From positions 1 through 62,626 of IMG/VR virus record IMGVR_UViG_3300027822_000003: DNA of 62,626 bases. One strand, 5' to 3'. Numbering within the stretch: the first letter of the stretch is position 1; each line of letters starts with the position of its first letter. Position numbers and translations under genes: made by a program. Positions 60,001 to 62,626 of this stretch are shown one piece after another. The notes beneath the pieces were generated by a model. It did no database searches. It saw nothing but the letters and a program-made list of their open reading frames with translations, and had not been told where the DNA came from. Source of the stretch: a virus.

Positions 60001-62626
60001 AAATCAAAAAAACAGCCAAAAATAGGAGCCTTTTTACGTGAATCGAGACAGATTTGGTTCAAGACCGGAGGTGTGGGCGTAAAAGCCGATATAGGAACGC
60101 TGCATCACGAGAACTGGCATTTGTTTAAAAAAATGGGTGTTATATCAAGAAAAGATTTAAGAGCCGTTAAGAGAGCAATCAGGCACAGTGGTAACTTAGG
60201 AATTATCACAGAAGAAACAGAAGCCTCATGGATAGCAGATGCCGCAAAGAGCAGGGAATATGCCAGAGATTCCGCTATAGGTCGCATCTTGCAAAAGATT
60301 GGTGACTTCTTTGACGCTATGGTTAATATAGTTGCGACTACCAGTCGAGGCGTTATGCGTAAGATGGAAAGCGGAAAAATGGTTACGCAAGATGCTGATG
60401 TTGGGCAGATGTCCTTATCGCCTGCTATGGCTTTTGAAACCCAAGACGTAGACCTATCAGAAGAAATAGAAGAGGAAGACACAGCCTTTCAGCAAGCAAT
60501 TGATTTAATTTCAGCACATTGGGGCAAGCAAGGCAAATATACCAATGAGCGTAAAAAGCTGACTTTCCTTGAGCATCATCTCGGAACCACAATGTATAAC
60601 GCCAAGCGTATTGGCGGGTGGTATAACAGATTTTACAATGTAATTCGGAATCTGGGTCAGTATAAATTCGAGCAGCAAAACCGGCTTAGAGGTGAGGGTG
60701 ATGCTTCTCTATTCGCACCGTTGGAAACATTTTCCAAAAAAAACAAAACTGAATATCGTAAATTAAGAAAATACCTGGTCAACAAGGATATTAATGCTGA
60801 AGGTTACAAGGTTAGGCCGACATTAGAAACAGGCGCATTATCTGAAGGTGCATATGATATAATCAACGAGAAAGGCACGGTCATTGATACCCAGACAACT
60901 GAAGATGAAGCCTTTAATGAAGTATGGGAGATGGAGGCCGATGCAACCGACTTTACGGATGCAGGGAAAGAGGCATTACTTAATTTCCGGAAAATGACCC
61001 GCAACCTGTACAAACATTATGCCAAGGGCATGAATGAGATTATTGAAATGGCGCGGTTATCAGGTCAGCCTCCGCCGAAAGTAACAACCATAGTAGGTGG
61101 CAAGCCGGTTAAGATAAGTTTAAAACAAGCCATTCAAGATATGGGCGATAGGCAGGGATATTACTTTCCAAGAATTCGGGAATCAGGAGAATGGAAGATT
61201 GAAGGCCGGAAAGAAGGCATGCCAAATCAAATGGATTTCTTTGCATCAAAAGCACTATCAAAAGGATACGCTCAAAAATTAAGACGCCAAGGATACAAGG
61301 TTGAATCAACTCATTCAGGGGCTTTCTCAGAAGACCTGTTCCAAACGCTGGCTCCACTTCTTGCTCAAGAACAGGTAGTCAATAGCGTAATAGACAGAGT
61401 GTCTAAAAACGAAGATTTTGACGCTGTGTATGCTGATATGTTTGCCAAGCAATATGCTGAGATGTTAAAATCTCATGGCTCCCGGGCAAGGATGATCGGC
61501 CGGTCAGATGCTATCGGGATTGATGTAAAACGTGGGTATGAAACTGATCCAGTCAAGGCTATTGCGATTGCCACGGAAGCCGCTGCTGGCGGCTATGCTA
61601 AACAACAGATTGCGATTAACGCAATGAAAGCAATCACGGGTCGAGATTTATCCTGGGAAGAATACCAGAAGGACAATCCCGGTAAAAAACATGAAGATTA
61701 TTTAAAGGACATCCGTAAACGCGGCGCCGATGCTTCCAGGCAACAAACTGAATACAAGGAAGCGACTGAAACGCTACAGGATATTTTAAAGAACCAGGAA
61801 CTTGCAGACAGGATTGTTGGAACGCTTAAAGGTATGGCTGTTGTTTGGTATTTAGGAGCCAGGGTGAGTTCCGCTGCTGTGAATTTAACAAATATGGTTA
61901 TGGGTGTACCTGCTACGATGGTTGGAGAATTATCAGACAAGGCCAGTAAGATTTCATTCAGACAAGCTTTCAAGCATATAGGCAGTGCTGGAATAGCATA
62001 CGGTAAATTCAGAACTGGAACATTAAAAGATATTGGTCAGTCTGATTTATTCCAAGAAATAGAAAAGCGGGGCTGGGACGCTCCGCAGTTCAATATGGAA
62101 GCGTTAAATGCCCTCCAGAACAAGTACGGTAAGGCCTGGGGCCAAGTTATAGACAAATCTATGTGGATGTTCGGGGTAACGGAAAAGATCAACAGAGCAA
62201 CCACTATAGGCGCAAATTACATGGCCTTATGTAAAAAGAATAATGTCCGGCTACGAGATACTTCCGGCAAACTTCATGAAACATTGTTGCTTAAAGCCAG
62301 GAATGCTTCTGATGTAGCCCACGGTGTATATGAAAAAGGGAACCGACCGTACCATATGAGGGGTGAACATATTGGAGCAAGAGTTTTACAGATGACTTAC
62401 GTGTTCCAAACATTCACCCACAATTATCTGCAAGAAATGATAAGGCTTGGGCTTGTTAAAAAGCAATATGGCGCAGCGGCATACATGGCCTTATCTGGGG
62501 GGGTAATCGGTGGTCTTGGTGCTACCGTCCCGATCGGGATTGCGAAGGCCATTGCAGCTTTATTTGATGCTGACGATCCAGAAGAAGAAATGATCAAGTG
62601 GGCGGAGGATGCATTTGGCGGCGGTA
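51070..62626 (+). CDS. giant polyvalent virion protein, about 4,058 aa in total (runs off the window and continues at 1-747)
   Basis: A TAA at 51064-51066 is followed by ATG 51070. My hand translation of frame 1 met no stop to 62626. The track reports no + ORF here, as expected for an ORF that lacks a stop inside the window. Domains: NNPGNLKY...YAPPSENNT (51150-51330); TM/Gly-Ala segments (about 51840-52460); MTase motif I EPGMGIGNF (about 55218-55244) and motif IV NPPF (55414-55425); helicase GAGKT (57352-57366), DEAH (57829-57840) and QPEGRIIRQGN (about 58890-58925); HHENWH (60103-60120). Confidence 0.85.
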   Translation, partial: MTQETYNPEEWGVASSNKQRLPLADRNNNPGNLKYANQKKASKGEGGFARFDAPVEGFHALQDQVVLDSSRGHTLGSFIKKYAPPSENNTANYLSFMEKELGANADALLSTLGVNKISNAIAKFEGGTKSGKQPGKRETYNPDEWSVKPQDEMEAGTYNPDEWSSEPLGSVGEPDPEPKSTLGVFTEGISRLPKNLAKETIGLFQGAKGASVADQGFLDKWYNKVEAENTALSEEAKAGGGKFIPGVSDEAVSSALSSLPYTGLAMAGATAGAAVTSPIPIPGARVAGGLVGSHLATNRVSAYAAMNRNLKRLNDLNIQTTGEPITIEQENEFKEVYGSEIGKIADWESIPEAAGTVIELVIYGIGSKLPAPMREKAAKLVSSLIKNKIAKGAAVNSTKLLGTLISETAEEVVSGIGGGNVEAGMWGEEQQEWDIPTALKTAKEVAPTVAVTAGLVHGAGTVAGKLSKKEKPEDQTKDKKVFADQLNVLSDGLKKSDNKLADISTTVDLHSNLADDPKKQVAIDKVILEAAGQGLQDGTLTSDNLTEVVQRLPEDDPLRIALTPQVEEKPVPVEPTKPELMPEPEVSGTKTILEQMQEDKSLPEEKKLTGAERRQQRINAAGEIKRPAEVIKDHYPAGKTVTMEEIEGLLKKRKITNEKDKARIEELSKGTLQMPIDIDIKAKTPQDKYKIDKSLNFIDTATEKLGGKLAINIVDKNGRPISPAGVRELSLGEDKPTTQIEGQRNLEAIEKEITDRWKKSRTLPAGKKKSQIANEIAVLNNELATAMKSADKEERGGRVAPERGRKEKIFEPVTSEPKPGEPEKEIPKSPDGRYQISKIQKPNQSGVKGVRYIYPDRNMGILKEEADPQAAFKTLEEAIEGAKKDRKLDDANKLFRDKQDAKDKIEKEKADKIEAEKRDIDGFGDNLSAMRKGKVVKDLNKKVNIDGVPTTLKDLIRKEVAADSALTIPGNILGKPDERGSVIGFDVGKTGGKYAQYLIDRKGKGKTEILPKPVLKKTPEKEETKPKSKIASEMSANEMLAEWDKQAAQIETPTPKDKLSETKAHLAKAADAFKAINDIIGKKGAISNEVDERNWSQIKPLLKVAFDEIIAAGKSGAEFVAIAMKSLSPAGKPYFEKFVKEEIGKEATNVTDNVRGGKPQKTTVKDDTERIGMEGPADVSRVETKEGVVKLPKGDGSTGNVSLQGRKKGKDLVEKSKPSQKPDSAGTKNRNVDKENMGRDAGNVSGFQRSDYIIKPGTLEREGSWKDAATNNLDAIELFKKINKEKRLATLKEQKILAKYVGWGASELANNMFPGYAQHGELLPDWAEIKWLPNIKRLVDLLSPEEIKTAAKSTQYAHYTNEPIIKSIYKALARMGFKGGKILEPGMGIGNFVGLLPAKMRKTSNYTGVEMDSISAGIAKLLYPTQNMLQSDFVKQAFPKNFFDAAIGNPPFGGIKILGDPEYRKHRFSLHNFFFAKTIDRVKPGGLLIFVTSRYTMDAKTDKARQYISDKADLLGAIRLPQTAFLESAGTEVVTDVLFLQKREPEEKKQGEAWSKQKDVSIGNEVSLINEYFVNNPDMVLGEHSLEGKMYGKNQYTVKPIDGEIEDLFEQATKKLPANVYQKVSNKVKEKFKKQSIIERDFDPKNKKEGGIYLKDGSVMKVDFGSGVSVDSLHKGITPKTTGFLKSYIKLRDALKLSHKAQLENGDWEKALITLNKEYDNFVKKHGKIRSFTTTLRKKKNAEGITEKVEYRNYKNQSLVEIDCESSLVLTLENITNNGEITKSNVLKGRTVQKPTTPIIKSVPDAFAVSLDMVGTLDIDHISSLIKKSNKEVVETLGNLIYKAPDGSGYIMSDEYLSGNVVKKLQEAKAAAVLDSAFERNVVALKKTQPEPLSPKQITITPGATWIPIEYYSQFATEILELPNTEVTYQPIDNSWKVLPKEDTRPSWRRRGDRQGYSPQELRDAANEWGTEHRGPNEIFDSILNNRSIRITYTIDIEGGGKKTVFDAEATATANEIVKKIRNRFNSWAWENVDRASDLIDIYNSKINVIKGRKFDGSHLTLPGMSNHFIPYDHQKRVIWRILQSGNTYMAHSVGAGKTFIMISAGMEMRRLGMINKPLYVVPKHMLGQFAQEFQELYPMANILVADEKNFYTENRKRFVAKATLNDPDAVILTHSSFGMLGVKEETLAPVRDEFLEQMRFSLSEMEDDDEPKMKIKRMEKRIEQAEQRFNSLLSDGDNVVSFEELGADFVFVDEAHEFRKLDFATNRQIKGIDSQGSKKAIDLYIKTLWLEKQNRGRSHAFASGTPIVNTLGELYTLQRFFDQGEMEEDGINHFDAWANMFGEPVSDYEMTASGKYEQVERFSKFVNLPELMSRIRMFTDVLTSSQLGTRVNRPKIKNGAAQIVLAPANERLKAYQKDNLQPRIEASRAWKPSQGQPGNPDPIINIITDGKLASIDMRFVDQGAKNDPESKLNIWIDGIIKTYKETKDFVYATEYGTSQKSKIKGGCQICFYNNGFGSGVIKRRGFDSKAFVMQRLKDAGISSRNVGWIDDYKTAPAKQAFLKLVRNGKKRILLGSAKKMGTGINAQNRLTHLHYLDAPWYPADVEQPEGRIIRQGNQNTEVSLYRYATKGSYDATLWQMVARKARFIDQVWVGDKNVRSIEDISEASQYEMAAALASGDKRVVELVGIKADIERFHLLKTAHQDNQTKLASDKRNLEKSISITQGWLEDFGTIEDSLPGFIGAEIDGRVGNETFTERKKFGAALKKQIKQVFVEKNESLSMLGSISGIDINVETIEGVTRQITAPKLDIEISKNDFRRTIDNTFTSQEGWDATDAVGLTKKITNTINDLSSVKSESEEKLDQDKKKIERINKKLGAPFEHAKEFTEKIAEAASLEKELSEEEPVIPETKDIQFETAGTKGRPLTNEDINKAFGKMKNVTTGQDKANNFWFQFKGFPKFTILEVDSINDRVGLTDKKSKKQPKIGAFLRESRQIWFKTGGVGVKADIGTLHHENWHLFKKMGVISRKDLRAVKRAIRHSGNLGIITEETEASWIADAAKSREYARDSAIGRILQKIGDFFDAMVNIVATTSRGVMRKMESGKMVTQDADVGQMSLSPAMAFETQDVDLSEEIEEEDTAFQQAIDLISAHWGKQGKYTNERKKLTFLEHHLGTTMYNAKRIGGWYNRFYNVIRNLGQYKFEQQNRLRGEGDASLFAPLETFSKKNKTEYRKLRKYLVNKDINAEGYKVRPTLETGALSEGAYDIINEKGTVIDTQTTEDEAFNEVWEMEADATDFTDAGKEALLNFRKMTRNLYKHYAKGMNEIIEMARLSGQPPPKVTTIVGGKPVKISLKQAIQDMGDRQGYYFPRIRESGEWKIEGRKEGMPNQMDFFASKALSKGYAQKLRRQGYKVESTHSGAFSEDLFQTLAPLLAQEQVVNSVIDRVSKNEDFDAVYADMFAKQYAEMLKSHGSRARMIGRSDAIGIDVKRGYETDPVKAIAIATEAAAGGYAKQQIAINAMKAITGRDLSWEEYQKDNPGKKHEDYLKDIRKRGADASRQQTEYKEATETLQDILKNQELADRIVGTLKGMAVVWYLGARVSSAAVNLTNMVMGVPATMVGELSDKASKISFRQAFKHIGSAGIAYGKFRTGTLKDIGQSDLFQEIEKRGWDAPQFNMEALNALQNKYGKAWGQVIDKSMWMFGVTEKINRATTIGANYMALCKKNNVRLRDTSGKLHETLLLKARNASDVAHGVYEKGNRPYHMRGEHIGARVLQMTYVFQTFTHNYLQEMIRLGLVKKQYGAAAYMALSGGVIGGLGATVPIGIAKAIAALFDADDPEEEMIKWAEDAFGGG
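62500..62626. repeat. Terminal overlap copy 2 (identical to 1-127)
   Basis: Same 127-nt string as the window start. The odd length fits a de Bruijn k-mer overlap from circular assembly. Confidence 0.95.

Larger units (their letters stand above)
1..62626. mobile_element. Complete circularly closed dsDNA phage genome (unit length 62,499 bp; podovirus-like, since no tail tube, sheath or tape-measure genes were recognised)
   Basis: terS, terL, portal, scaffold, capsid, tail-fibre, lysis and replication modules are all present. The contig ends overlap by an identical 127 nt. Confidence 0.85.

Noticed and set aside
51100-62000. About 25 minus-strand track ORFs (for example 52077-52472, 53628-54047, 54054-54662, 60105-60482)
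   Set aside because: They are antisense shadow ORFs inside the giant + strand coding frame. Their products are low-complexity and Ser/Leu/Phe-rich, they have no RBS, and the sense frame carries clear enzyme motifs.

Overview
The window is a complete, circularly assembled dsDNA phage genome. Nt 1-127 are identical to nt 62500-62626, so the unit length is 62,499 bp. It looks AT-rich by eye and uses strong GGAGG-type ribosome-binding sites. I saw no tRNA, rRNA, CRISPR array, integrase, DNA polymerase or RNA polymerase. All domain calls rest on motifs read by eye and recalled family signatures; no searches were run.

Module map:
- 1-747: C-terminal end of a giant ORF that wraps the junction.
- 801-1981: small genes, including a DUF2829/Tad2-like ORF.
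- 1991-8411: cassette of signal-peptide or lipoprotein-bearing proteins, including a beta-helix glycanase-like protein, an FN3-dockerin protein and an M23 peptidase.
- 7320-8864: lysis genes.
- 9022-16095 (minus strand): early accessory operon with many zinc-ribbon mini-proteins, a radical-SAM/SPASM-like enzyme, a GC-rich structured leader and a candidate -1 frameshift site.
- 16188-16279: back-to-back consensus sigma70 promoters with palindromic operators.
- 16297-23973: replication and recombination genes (XRE HTH, MBL nuclease, split RecD2-like helicase, primase-helicase).
- 23974-24351: iteron-rich putative origin.
- 24352-29711: middle accessory genes (RHH, paralogous Zn proteins, PD-(D/E)XK-like, MazG-like, DUF1937).
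- 29715-30935: reverse-strand island of small acidic proteins.
- 31303-51044: late genes (terS, terL, portal, GroES-like, scaffold, capsid, adaptors, two paralogous tail fibres, GNAT, Gly/Ala-repeat and inner-virion proteins).

Key observation: the supplied ORF track lists no + strand ORF after 51044. Yet one frame stays open from ATG 51070 to the window end and continues in frame into 1-747. This gives one gene of about 4,058 codons. It contains an NNPGN-motif N-terminal domain, hydrophobic segments, an N6-adenine-type methyltransferase (NPPF), a DEAH/SNF2-like helicase, an HExxH motif and a Gly-rich hydrophobic C-terminus. It sits where podovirus ejection or internal-core proteins normally sit. 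I interpret it as a virion-delivered polyvalent, DarB-like anti-restriction protein.
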